Shown one piece after another: positions 40,578 to 49,784 of a DNA stretch of 64,000 nt. The notes under the pieces are model-generated. The model searched no databases and was not told where the DNA came from. It saw only the letters and a list, made by a program, of their open reading frames with translations. Position 1 is the first letter of the stretch. The number at the start of each line of letters is the position of its first letter. Source of the DNA: Candidatus Gottesmanbacteria bacterium (GTDB taxonomy: Bacteria; Patescibacteriota; Microgenomatia; UBA10105; UBA927); the NCBI GenBank assembly GCA_016218255.1, contig JACREN010000002.1:4029-68028 (forward strand), given 5' to 3'. A program made the translations under genes and the position numbers.

Positions 40578-41861
40578 CTAGAGCCACTGCTTGGTGAGAT
40601 CAAGAAGCGATCCATCCTCAATGGCCCGCCGGATATCTTCCATCAGGGAATTAATGAAATGAATATTGTGAATCGTCGCCAATCGGTATGCCAACAACTC
40701 TTTTACCCGAAACAAATGATGGATATATGCCCTGGAAAAATGCTGGCAAGCATAGCATTCACAGCCTTCCTCAATTGGACGAATATCTTCTGCACATGCT
40801 TTTTTCGTAATATCCATTTCCCATTTTCTACTGGCAGCATTGATATATACGCATCCCACACGTGCGAGTCGGGTGGGCTGAACACAATCAAACGTATCCA
40901 TCCCGCGAGCGACAAGGGCAAAAATATCATCAATTTCCCCGACTCCCAATAGATGCCGCGGCTTTTCAACCGGAAGTAAGGGCACGACCCAATCCAAGAC
41001 ATCAACCATTTCTTTTTTCGTCTCGCCTACGGACACACCGCCGATCGCAATGCCGTCAAAATCTAGAGTACTGATGAACTTCGCTGATTCCTTCCGCAAA
41101 TCCTCATAGATACTCCCCTGAACCGATCCATACAGAGCCTGATACGGTTTTCCTAATTTTGCATTTTGCATTTTGATTTTTGCATTCGCGCTTAACGAGC
41201 GCGCCGCCCACCGATGCGTTCTGTCCATAGAAATCCGCGCTTTTTCGTGCGTCAGTCCATATGGGGTGCAATCATCGAATGCGATATGTATATCACTACC
41301 TAAAACCCATTGGTACTCCATGGCTTTTTCCGGTGTAAAAAAATGCTTCGTCCCGTCCCAGTGGGACCGGAACTCTGCGCCCTCATCAGAAATCTTGACA
41401 AGCGATGCGATGGCGCGGGGAGCTGACAAAATTTTGTCCGGCTTCATTTTCTTTTTAGTATCAAGCCCATGGAACCGACTGCCTGAAACTGAAGACGGAT
41501 CTAAATTTTCGTCAGCGACCTCAGCGCCTTTACCACGACGGCCCAAAGAGAACACCTGAAATCCGCCGCTGTCTGTGATAATTGGTCCATCCCACCCCAT
41601 GAATTGGTGTAGGCCGCCGAATTTTTTTATGACGTCTAATCCCGGCCGAAGATATGTGTGATAAGTGTTAACAAAAAATAATTGCGTCCCGCACTCCCGT
41701 ATTTCTTCGGGAGTTAGCGATTTGACCGCGCCTTGTGTCCCCACCGGCACGAACGCCGGGGTTTGAATAATGCCATGCGGCGTCATGATCTCCCCCACCC
41801 GCGCTTTCGTCTTTTTGTCCTTTGCCTGTACCCGGAACCCAAAATCAACCATAAACAACAT
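40578..41861 (-). CDS. tgt: tRNA-guanine transglycosylase
   Basis: TPAFVPVGT, NTYH, TDSGGFQVFSL, GGVSVGE, FDCV and CxCxxC...H zinc site. Confidence 0.95.
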   Translation of the reverse strand: MLFMVDFGFRVQAKDKKTKARVGEIMTPHGIIQTPAFVPVGTQGAVKSLTPEEIRECGTQLFFVNTYHTYLRPGLDVIKKFGGLHQFMGWDGPIITDSGGFQVFSLGRRGKGAEVADENLDPSSVSGSRFHGLDTKKKMKPDKILSAPRAIASLVKISDEGAEFRSHWDGTKHFFTPEKAMEYQWVLGSDIHIAFDDCTPYGLTHEKARISMDRTHRWAARSLSANAKIKMQNAKLGKPYQALYGSVQGSIYEDLRKESAKFISTLDFDGIAIGGVSVGETKKEMVDVLDWVVPLLPVEKPRHLLGVGEIDDIFALVARGMDTFDCVQPTRLARVGCVYINAASRKWEMDITKKACAEDIRPIEEGCECYACQHFSRAYIHHLFRVKELLAYRLATIHNIHFINSLMEDIRRAIEDGSLLDLTKQWL

Positions 41862-41920
41862 TGTATCATGACATTGACAATTATACGTTTACTTTGATAG
41901 AATCTGCCAAACAGTTTCTT

Positions 41921-42430
41921 ATGCCTACCGTCGAAGCTCCTCATTGGGAAACACTTATCAAAGAATGTCACCAACATCCGCTGCAGGCGGATATGGAAAT
42001 CATTCAGACAATGATCGACACTCTCAATACCCAAACGCTTCAAACCGGATATGAATTTCATCTTCAGCAAATCGTTGACAACGTCGTTCCTCCCAACGTC
42101 GCCCCTCTTTACCATGACGGTCACGAATGGACCAAACCAATAAAAGCAGAAAAGACCGGAGATGTCATATTGGGCGTACTCAGCAAGCTTCCGGCATCGG
42201 TACGGAACGGATCTGACGAATTATACGAGGCCTACCAAGTGCGACTGGACGATTTCAATTCATTCGAACATGTGATGGGCACGACCACCCTCCTTATCGT
42301 ATTTCTCAGCGTCCGAAATGAAGCAGACGCGTGCTATTTTTTTCCGGATGATACGGATTCCGTAACCAACTGGGAAGTATTGAAAGACATGCATGCAAAA
42401 CAGTTTCCTCAGATCGGCGACATCTCATAA
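41921..42430 (+). CDS. Hypothetical protein
   Basis: Acidic ORF; TTGACA-N18-TAGAAT at 41874-41903 supports a start at ATG 41921. Confidence 0.6.
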   Translation: MPTVEAPHWETLIKECHQHPLQADMEIIQTMIDTLNTQTLQTGYEFHLQQIVDNVVPPNVAPLYHDGHEWTKPIKAEKTGDVILGVLSKLPASVRNGSDELYEAYQVRLDDFNSFEHVMGTTTLLIVFLSVRNEADACYFFPDDTDSVTNWEVLKDMHAKQFPQIGDIS

Positions 42431-42495
42431 GCAATGCCATCGTCCTCTATAAAGCACCAGAAGCGGAGCAAGGGTCTGGGAGAAGAAGATATAAG

Positions 42496-44229
42496 CTAAC
42501 CAACCCCATGCTCGATCTTGAGTCGTGAGATTTTCCCGGAAAGGTCATCAGCTGGGACGCCGAAATCCGAAAGTACGCGGGAGACGATCGAGATGGCCGC
42601 TTCAAATTCCGGCTGGACTATCGTGTGCACACCCAATGATTTGAGATGCCGCTGATCTTCTTCATGGTGGCAGCGGCAGAGAATTTTTATGCGCCGGTTG
42701 AGCGTCTGGGCATGAGCGATAATCATTTCTTGCGTATGCTTGTCCGGTATGGCAATAATGATGGCTCGTGCGCGATCCACCTGGGCATAATCAAGCACTT
42801 CTGTATCAGCCGGATCGCCAAAGATAACCGCGATACTTTTTGCTTTCAGTGCAGCCACAGTCGTCTGATCGTAATCCACAACCAAAAATGGAATATTGGC
42901 CATTTGCAGTGCACGTCCGATGTACTTCCCCACCCGGCCGTAGCCACAGATAACTATATGATCCGATAAAGGCAGCTCTTCTCTGTTCACCATAAACTGC
43001 TCATCGCCCTGCCGGAATATCCGCGGCCATCGACTACCCAACGTGTGATACACCCAATAGTATAATCGGTGACCGTGTGCGATAACCGGCGCATTGAGGA
43101 GTATCGTCATAAAAACCAGGGAAACAATCAGATTGGCATCCGATGAAGTAAGTACACCCAGAGAAGCACCGACTGCAGCGATAATAAATCCAAACTCAGA
43201 CAACTGCCCCAAATACAAACCTACCAGAAAGGCAGTTTTTCTGTGATACCCTACATATCGGGAAAGGCCGTACACAACCACGCTTTTTACCACAATCATA
43301 CTCACTGCAAGCGACAGAATAACCGGCCACATCCCTGCAAGCGAACTGACTGATATCGTCATGCCCAAACTAACAAAAAAGACAACGGCAAATATGTCCC
43401 GCAACGGCCGAATTTCTGAAAAAATCGCATGATTCTGGCTCGTTTCCGCAACCAGCAGTCCTGCGATAAACGCTCCGAGGGCCGCGGACATCCCCAACGA
43501 ATACGTAGTAATACCGGCCAAAAAAACCAAACCAACCGTAAAAAGCACAAATATTTCCCTGCTACCGACAGAAGCAACTTTTCCCAATAATCTGGGTATC
43601 AGCGTTTTCCCCAAAAATACAATGACTGCCAAAGCAGTAATGGAAAATACGAGCGTTTTGCCGATGGCCCACATGGCGCCGGGAATAGTAACGGAATTCC
43701 CTATTACAACAGAAGCCACAGCCGGCAAAAGCAACATAATGGGTACCACCGCAAGATCCTGTATGACGAGCCAACCAGTGGCTATTTGACCAGGTACAGT
43801 GTCCAGTTCCCCCCTCTCGCTTAACAACTTAATAACAACTGCAGTAGATGAAAGCGATCCTGCAATAGCCACAAAAAAACTCGGAAGAAACGGTAACTTT
43901 AATGCAAATCCCGCAAACAGAAAAAGCAATGAACAGACAACAATCTGTGCTACAGCCGCCCAAAAAACGCTGCGCAGCACCGGACGGAGGCGGACAAACG
44001 AAAATTCCACTCCAAGAGTAAAAAGAAGGAGAGTGACCCCACTGTCTGCGATAGCTCTGAGAAATGACTGCTCCAGGATACCGGGGGCCACCGTACCCGC
44101 AACTAATCCTGCACTGATATATCCAATTATCATGGGCAAACGCAATGAATGGGCTATGATGCCACCAACTATTGCGGCAGTAAAAACAAGAAGTAATGTC
44201 GTAATCAGTGAAATGCTATGGGGCTCCAT
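42496..44229 (-). CDS. CPA2 cation:proton antiporter with a TrkA-N (KTN) domain
   Basis: LSSTAVV, QDL, RDIF..VFF, QLSEFGF, GYGRVG and GD. Confidence 0.93.
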   Translation of the reverse strand: MEPHSISLITTLLLVFTAAIVGGIIAHSLRLPMIIGYISAGLVAGTVAPGILEQSFLRAIADSGVTLLLFTLGVEFSFVRLRPVLRSVFWAAVAQIVVCSLLFLFAGFALKLPFLPSFFVAIAGSLSSTAVVIKLLSERGELDTVPGQIATGWLVIQDLAVVPIMLLLPAVASVVIGNSVTIPGAMWAIGKTLVFSITALAVIVFLGKTLIPRLLGKVASVGSREIFVLFTVGLVFLAGITTYSLGMSAALGAFIAGLLVAETSQNHAIFSEIRPLRDIFAVVFFVSLGMTISVSSLAGMWPVILSLAVSMIVVKSVVVYGLSRYVGYHRKTAFLVGLYLGQLSEFGFIIAAVGASLGVLTSSDANLIVSLVFMTILLNAPVIAHGHRLYYWVYHTLGSRWPRIFRQGDEQFMVNREELPLSDHIVICGYGRVGKYIGRALQMANIPFLVVDYDQTTVAALKAKSIAVIFGDPADTEVLDYAQVDRARAIIIAIPDKHTQEMIIAHAQTLNRRIKILCRCHHEEDQRHLKSLGVHTIVQPEFEAAISIVSRVLSDFGVPADDLSGKISRLKIEHGVG

Positions 44230-44962
44230 GGATAATTGTATTCATATCATCGGGTATCGGTGCTTCTATTGCAAGAGTCTCCCCGCTGTTTGGGTGAGAA
44301 AATGACATTTTCCAAGCGTGAAGCATTACTCTAGGTGCCCACCGTCGATCATCCCTCGCCGTCTTCCTACCTGCATACAGATAATCGCCCACAATCGCAT
44401 GGTTGATATACTTAAGATGCACTCGTATCTGATGAGTCCTGCCTGTCTCGGGGTAAAGCTCCACTAGAGAAAGCAAGGCGCTACGCAAATCCTTTGGATT
44501 TCCGCTATGATGAGGAGCGGGAAACGATGATCGGACAGTATATCTCGTCACGGCTTCCTTTCCGCCCGGCACGATGCCGAAGTGCTCCCGGTTCCACGGC
44601 AACCTCCCCACCGGTGCACGGATTTCTCCGCGTTCCGGCGTGACAGCGCCGTGTGCAATAGCAAGATAGGTTTTTTTCACAATACGTTCCTTAAACTGGC
44701 GCTGCAGCTCGATAAATGCCTCAGGTGTTTTTGCGATGAGGAGGCACCCTGAGGTTTCTTTATCAATACGATGCACAATCCCCGCCCGATCGCAAAAATC
44801 ACTATTCTGATCTGACGGCTGACAGTTGACGGCTGACAACTTCTTCTCCATCCACTCCTGAACCGTCTCAACCTTTACGCTCTCTGCGCGGTTTACCACG
44901 ATGCCGGGAGGCTTATTGATAACCGTAAGTGTATCGTCTTCAAAGAGTATGGGGATATTCAC
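44216..44962 (-). CDS. RluA-family pseudouridine synthase
   Basis: NKPPG, HRIDKETSG, TGRTHQIRVH, GDYLY and LHAW; start GTG 44962. Confidence 0.93.
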   Translation of the reverse strand: MNIPILFEDDTLTVINKPPGIVVNRAESVKVETVQEWMEKKLSAVNCQPSDQNSDFCDRAGIVHRIDKETSGCLLIAKTPEAFIELQRQFKERIVKKTYLAIAHGAVTPERGEIRAPVGRLPWNREHFGIVPGGKEAVTRYTVRSSFPAPHHSGNPKDLRSALLSLVELYPETGRTHQIRVHLKYINHAIVGDYLYAGRKTARDDRRWAPRVMLHAWKMSFSHPNSGETLAIEAPIPDDMNTIIHGAP

Positions 44963-44963
44963 G

Positions 44964-45326
44964 CTACTTTTTTTTCTTTGTCTCACAGGCAAGGCATAAT
45001 GTTGCCGTAGGCAATATAGCCAGCCGGTCCGTATCGATCATGTCTTTGCACTCTTCACAATATCCGTACGTCCCCTGTGAAATGCGTACGAGCGCGCTGT
45101 TGATCCGAACAAGTTCTTCTTTCATCTCTTCAATCATGGCCGTAAAACGGTCATGACTGGATTCCTCACTCGCCTCTGCATCTGACGCCGCATTGTCATT
45201 CAGCCTGTCCGGGTCGGAAAACGGATCCTGAGCCGTCAACTGTGCGATGCGCGCGATAACCCTCTGCTTTTCTTCTGCAAGATGTTGCTGCAGCTTCAAT
45301 AGAACATCACTTGGAAAACTTTGCAT
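44964..45326 (-). CDS. TraR/DksA C4-type zinc-finger protein
   Basis: AL.RI..GTYGYCEEC...I..DRL...P....CLAC. Confidence 0.88.
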   Translation of the reverse strand: MQSFPSDVLLKLQQHLAEEKQRVIARIAQLTAQDPFSDPDRLNDNAASDAEASEESSHDRFTAMIEEMKEELVRINSALVRISQGTYGYCEECKDMIDTDRLAILPTATLCLACETKKKK

Positions 45327-46110
45327 AGATACTCCTTTTTATATTCGCAATCACGGGACGGATTTTTTCCCTTCCGCCGCCGCGCACATAAAACGCGCCC
45401 AGGCTTTCAGCAAATAGTGCCACCAAAACCCACTGATTGGCGCGTAGCCCCAAGTATACAGGATTCTCCTTAAAAAATTCAAGAGCGAACTCACCGATAC
45501 TAAATAACAGAACAAACCATATACCAACCAAACCATACGGCCATTTATCCCGTTCTCCCCGCTTGCCCAATAACCAGATCAATACCAACACCACAATGAG
45601 CCAAAGAAGTTCATAGACCTGCACCGGATGACGGCGGCCCACATGTCCCGCATACGACACAGCCCACGGTAACGCCGCACTCAGCCCAACCTCTGCACCG
45701 TCCAGCAGCGATCCGATTTTCCCCAATATAAGAGCTGCCGGAAATGCATATGCCACACTATCGAGCACATGACCCAAACGCACACGATAAGACCTGGCCA
45801 GCGCAACGAGCATCGCAAGGCCTGCAATAAGCGCACCATATAATGACAATCCCGGCACAACCCACAGCGCTGCAGTCGCTAACCAGTCATTAGCAAATAG
45901 ATCGCGATGAAGAAACACATATCCCAACCGTCCGCCCACGATCGCCGCAATAGTAGCATAAAATGTCAGATCAAATATGCGATCCTCAGGCACAGCGACT
46001 GCACGCAATAATTTCCAAAAGACAAATGAAAAAACAAGCCACCCTGCGATTAGAAAGATACTGAAATTAAAAATCTGCAGAGGACCAATGGAAAAAAGTA
46101 TAGGAAACAT
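45307..46110 (-). CDS. lgt: Prolipoprotein diacylglyceryl transferase
   Basis: GGRLGYV, GLSLYG, RHPVQVYE and EFFK; start ATG 46110. Confidence 0.88.
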   Translation of the reverse strand: MFPILFSIGPLQIFNFSIFLIAGWLVFSFVFWKLLRAVAVPEDRIFDLTFYATIAAIVGGRLGYVFLHRDLFANDWLATAALWVVPGLSLYGALIAGLAMLVALARSYRVRLGHVLDSVAYAFPAALILGKIGSLLDGAEVGLSAALPWAVSYAGHVGRRHPVQVYELLWLIVVLVLIWLLGKRGERDKWPYGLVGIWFVLLFSIGEFALEFFKENPVYLGLRANQWVLVALFAESLGAFYVRGGGREKIRPVIANIKRSIYAKFSK

Positions 46111-46113
46111 GGT

Positions 46114-46172
46114 AAAAAATTTAAAACTCAAAGTTCAAAATTTTTGACTTTTTGAATTTTATATTTTGATTT
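46114..46172. repeat. Inverted heptamer arrays between the MFS gene and lgt
   Basis: aaattta-aaactca-aagttca-aaa followed by ttttgac-tttttga-attttat-attttga. Confidence 0.6.
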
Positions 46173-47430
46173 ATGTCTTATTATACCTCACCCGCCACAC
46201 ACCATAACAGAGCACTACGACTCCCAGAAAAAAAATAACTTTTGCCACTCCGAACGTATCTGCCAATACACCGCCCAATACCACGGGAATCATGCCGACC
46301 CCACCTACGGCGGTCGTCAGCATGCCATAAACGCGTCCCCGCATAGAGCCGGTTGCTTTTTCCTGTAGCGTACTGTTGGCAGGGACATCGAGAAAACTGT
46401 TTGCCACCCCCAAAAGGAAAAAAAGCGTCACTTCGACAGGTACAATGATATGTTTGGAGTATAACCAGCTCCACCACGGTATCTGCGTCAACGGCACCGT
46501 CGCCGCGATCAGAAGAAGAAGAACTCCAACAGAGACAATACCAATTTTTATAAGACGGATCTGACCGATCCGGTATCCCTGACTACCGACCCACAACGCA
46601 CCAAGAATAATGCCTATGACCGCAGGGCCAACGATAACCACCGAAGCGTCCCGTAAATCTATTTCCAGAACCCGATCCGCGAAACCCGGTGCCAATGATC
46701 CCAAAACCGCAATGATAATTTGCGTACCGGTAAGAAGTACAATTGCATCAGAAAGCATAGGCACGGAAAAAATATAGTCTAATCCATTGGTGACTTCCTG
46801 CCACATTTTCCCTACCAGCGTCCAAAGGTTATAACCACGAATCTTCAACAGGCTGGAAAAACCCTCACCCTGACGGGGTATATTTCGGACCATGAGACTG
46901 GCAACCAAAAACAGACCAGCCAAAAAAAGCACGGTATTCTGTGCGCCCAGAAGTTTGAGAAACGGGCCTGCCAAAATAAATCCGATCGCCATACTGCTGT
47001 AATATGTGAATGAAAATAAGCTATTGGCACGCACAAGTTGATCCCGCGGCACTAGCTTGGGTATCGTCGGGGCTTCTGCCGGAATATAGAACTGATTAAT
47101 AATGGCGTTTATACATACTAAAAAATATACGAGTGGCATATTCTTCAGGAAAAAGAAAAGAAAAAGCACCAATACGGCACGCAAAAAATCACAAAGGATA
47201 AGCACCATCCTGCGGTCCAGCCGGTCTACCACCGTGCCGGCTATCATACCAAAAATAAGAGCTGGGACTCCGTAAGCCAAAAACAACCCCGATACTGCAG
47301 TATTGCTGCCTGTTGCACGGTACACGACCAGCGCCAGTGTGAAGATCATCATGTTCATGGCGAGCTGGGAAAAAATCTGACCGAGCCACAGAAATCGGAA
47401 TGCGCGATTGGCAATCAGAAATTGCAACAT
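46171..47430 (-). CDS. MFS transporter (DHA3-like)
   Basis: FRFLWLGQ, AGTVVDRLDRR, ANSL and RGRV; 12 TM segments. Confidence 0.92.
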   Translation of the reverse strand: MLQFLIANRAFRFLWLGQIFSQLAMNMMIFTLALVVYRATGSNTAVSGLFLAYGVPALIFGMIAGTVVDRLDRRMVLILCDFLRAVLVLFLFFFLKNMPLVYFLVCINAIINQFYIPAEAPTIPKLVPRDQLVRANSLFSFTYYSSMAIGFILAGPFLKLLGAQNTVLFLAGLFLVASLMVRNIPRQGEGFSSLLKIRGYNLWTLVGKMWQEVTNGLDYIFSVPMLSDAIVLLTGTQIIIAVLGSLAPGFADRVLEIDLRDASVVIVGPAVIGIILGALWVGSQGYRIGQIRLIKIGIVSVGVLLLLIAATVPLTQIPWWSWLYSKHIIVPVEVTLFFLLGVANSFLDVPANSTLQEKATGSMRGRVYGMLTTAVGGVGMIPVVLGGVLADTFGVAKVIFFLGVVVLCYGVWRVRYNKT

Positions 47431-47456
47431 ACCCCATGATATCATACAATATGCGT

Positions 47457-47930
47457 ATGACTGCTACTGCACATGCACTGGTGGCCGGAGCGATAGCAAC
47501 AAAATTCTCTGATCCCGCCTCCGCCGCCATCCTCGCCCTCACGTCTCACTACATCATGGACAGCGTCCCTCATTGGGACTTTGGTACCAACTGGCGTTTA
47601 CGCAGCAAAACCGCAACCGGCACATTTGCGATCGCAGAAACGCTGTTCGGAATCGCCGCAAGCTGGTATTTTTTTGGCGGTAGTTCGCAGATCCTGCCGT
47701 TTCTGGCGGCGATTGCCGGCGCACTGCTGCCGGACTGGGCTGAAGCGCCATGGTATATATTTTTTGCTACCGCAAAAAAGAAGGAACCAACCAAAAATGC
47801 AGGAATGATCGAAAAGACGCTATTTCAGGCGTATAAAGTACAGAACAGATTTCATACCAAAGCCCAATTCCCCTTCGGATTCATCACTCAAGTCGCCACT
47901 GTAGTATTTTTCTTATTTCTCCTGAAGTAA
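47457..47930 (+). CDS. Membrane protein, possible metal-dependent hydrolase
   Basis: TAH..AG, SH..MD..PHWD, LPD and H motifs within TM helices. Confidence 0.7.
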   Translation: MTATAHALVAGAIATKFSDPASAAILALTSHYIMDSVPHWDFGTNWRLRSKTATGTFAIAETLFGIAASWYFFGGSSQILPFLAAIAGALLPDWAEAPWYIFFATAKKKEPTKNAGMIEKTLFQAYKVQNRFHTKAQFPFGFITQVATVVFFLFLLK

Positions 47931-49415
47931 CCAGTTGATAAGCATCCGTACACCAAATCCGGTGCCTCCTTTTGGCGTCAACGGAGCCTCCTTTTCGGCA
48001 AACGCAGGACCTGCGATATCCAGATGTGCCCATGGAACGGTGTCCGGAACGAATTCCTGCAAAAATAACGCACCGTTAATGGCGCCACCATATCGCTTTC
48101 CTGAAATATTTTTGATATCCGCGACCGTACTTTTGAGAATTTCTTTGTATTCGCAGGCAAGAGGCAATTCCCACACTCGCTCGCCCGCTTGTCCGGCAGA
48201 TTTTTTGAGCGCATCACAAAGCGCGGGCGTATTTGCGAATAATCCTGCAATATCTTCCCCAAGCGCTACCATGCATGCGCCGGTGAGAGTCGCCAGATCC
48301 ACCAGGGCATCAGGTTTTACTTTTTCCACAGCATACGACAATGCATCGGCGAGCACAACGCGGCCTTCGGCATCGGTATTGAGAATTTCTATTGTCTTGC
48401 CATTCATCGCACTGACCACATCTCCGGGCTTAATGGCACTGCTTCCCGGCATATTTTCTGTGGCAGAAATAAGACCCACAATCGTAGCTTTTGGCTTTAG
48501 CAAGGGCAGAACACTGAATATTCCTAAAATAACCGCCGCCCCTGCCATATCGAGCTTCATCGTTTCCATGCTGTCCGAGGGTTTGAGTGAAAGTCCGCCG
48601 GTATCAAAGGTAATGCCTTTTCCGACAAGACAAAGCGTTTTGCGTCCACTTCCCCGATACGATAGCTTGATAAATTTTGGCTCCTCATCACTGCCCCGGG
48701 CAATTCCCAATATACCGCCCATGCCCAATGTCTCCATATCGCTTTTTCCCAGCACATCGCAGGTCATTTCTGACCGGCCTTTGGCAAGTGATTTCGCAAC
48801 ATTTCCCAAATGCGTCGGTGTTGTATATGATGGAGGCTCATTCACGAGATCTCGGGCAAAAACAACTGCCCGGGAAACAATCTCTCCCATATCCTTGCCA
48901 TACGCGGCTGCGTCCAACTTCCCTGCTGGCACCAGCAGCACAACATCATCTATGTGATGTTCCTTTTCCTGCGTTTCTTTGCTTTTGTGGCGGTTAAACT
49001 CATACGTTCCGAGGGACAGTCCCTCAACCATTCCCTGTGCTAATACCTGAATACTAAATGTGTTCAATAAGTCAAAAGGCATAGCAATCGCAATCCGTTT
49101 GGCATGGATCTTTTTTGCCTTCCGCCCTATCACAGCCGCCTGCTCCAGGAGATGCACCATCGTACATTCATTGGCCTTTCCCAAGCCCACCAACAACACC
49201 CGAGGCGCAGCAATACCACCATGTGTGTAAACAAGCTGAGTACTGCCGCGGTTTCCGTCAAACCCTTCAGCGCGGGATACGTCTGCAAGATCGCCATGCA
49301 ATACCTGATCAATGACCGATGCCTCATGAGAAAAAACCGCACTATCCCCGGCAAACACCACGATCATATCCGTGGCTATTTTTGTACTGTCCGTTGGTTT
49401 AACCGAGAATTTCAT
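47913..49415 (-). CDS. pepA: Leucyl aminopeptidase (M17)
   Basis: GKGITFDTGG, MKLDMAGAA, NTDAEGR, ATLTGA and HLDIAG. Confidence 0.96.
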   Translation of the reverse strand: MKFSVKPTDSTKIATDMIVVFAGDSAVFSHEASVIDQVLHGDLADVSRAEGFDGNRGSTQLVYTHGGIAAPRVLLVGLGKANECTMVHLLEQAAVIGRKAKKIHAKRIAIAMPFDLLNTFSIQVLAQGMVEGLSLGTYEFNRHKSKETQEKEHHIDDVVLLVPAGKLDAAAYGKDMGEIVSRAVVFARDLVNEPPSYTTPTHLGNVAKSLAKGRSEMTCDVLGKSDMETLGMGGILGIARGSDEEPKFIKLSYRGSGRKTLCLVGKGITFDTGGLSLKPSDSMETMKLDMAGAAVILGIFSVLPLLKPKATIVGLISATENMPGSSAIKPGDVVSAMNGKTIEILNTDAEGRVVLADALSYAVEKVKPDALVDLATLTGACMVALGEDIAGLFANTPALCDALKKSAGQAGERVWELPLACEYKEILKSTVADIKNISGKRYGGAINGALFLQEFVPDTVPWAHLDIAGPAFAEKEAPLTPKGGTGFGVRMLINWLLQEK

Positions 49416-49651
49416 TCTACCTTTTGGGCGGCTGCCCACGCATCTTCTTCCGAAACTATAGAAATGGCTGAAGCCTGATCATGCAACAATATTGTCGGCG
49501 TCCGTTGCTGTTTGCCCGCATATAACCACAACGCATCTACTTTCGATTCTGAATCGATTAACCTCAATACCCCTGCCCGCGATTGCGAACCAATGAGAGT
49601 TCCTTCCCGAAGAAGGAAAAATATTTCACCATTTGGCTCTACTTCGCTCAT
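49412..49651 (-). CDS. Small hypothetical protein (79 aa)
   Basis: SD AGGAG 5 nt before the ATG; its TGA overlaps the pepA ATG. Confidence 0.6.
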   Translation of the reverse strand: MSEVEPNGEIFFLLREGTLIGSQSRAGVLRLIDSESKVDALWLYAGKQQRTPTILLHDQASAISIVSEEDAWAAAQKVE

Positions 49652-49675
49652 AACAGCTCCTATTCTGGACAGGTG

Positions 49676-49761
49676 TGCCTAGGGAGAGACTCGAACTCTC
49701 ATGGAGTGTTAGCCCCACAGGTTTTTGAGACCTGCGCGTCTACCGGTTCCGCCACCCAGGC
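49676..49761 (-). tRNA. tRNA-Leu(CAA)
   Basis: Acceptor stem GCCTGGG/CCTAGGC+A, anticodon arm CAGGT-CTCAAAA-ACCTG, long variable arm and GTTCGAGT T-loop; CCA not encoded. Confidence 0.95.
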
Positions 49762-49784
49762 AATCAATACTGCTCCGTATTATA

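Noticed and set aside
47935-48957. 340-aa antisense ORF and similar long shadow ORFs (e.g. 34828-35463, 60403-61140, 22230-22787)
   Set aside because: They lie opposite well-supported genes and reflect codon bias; no independent evidence
49676-49761. tRNA-Leu as an island integration site
   Set aside because: No duplicated tRNA 3' end noticed and no adjacent integrase
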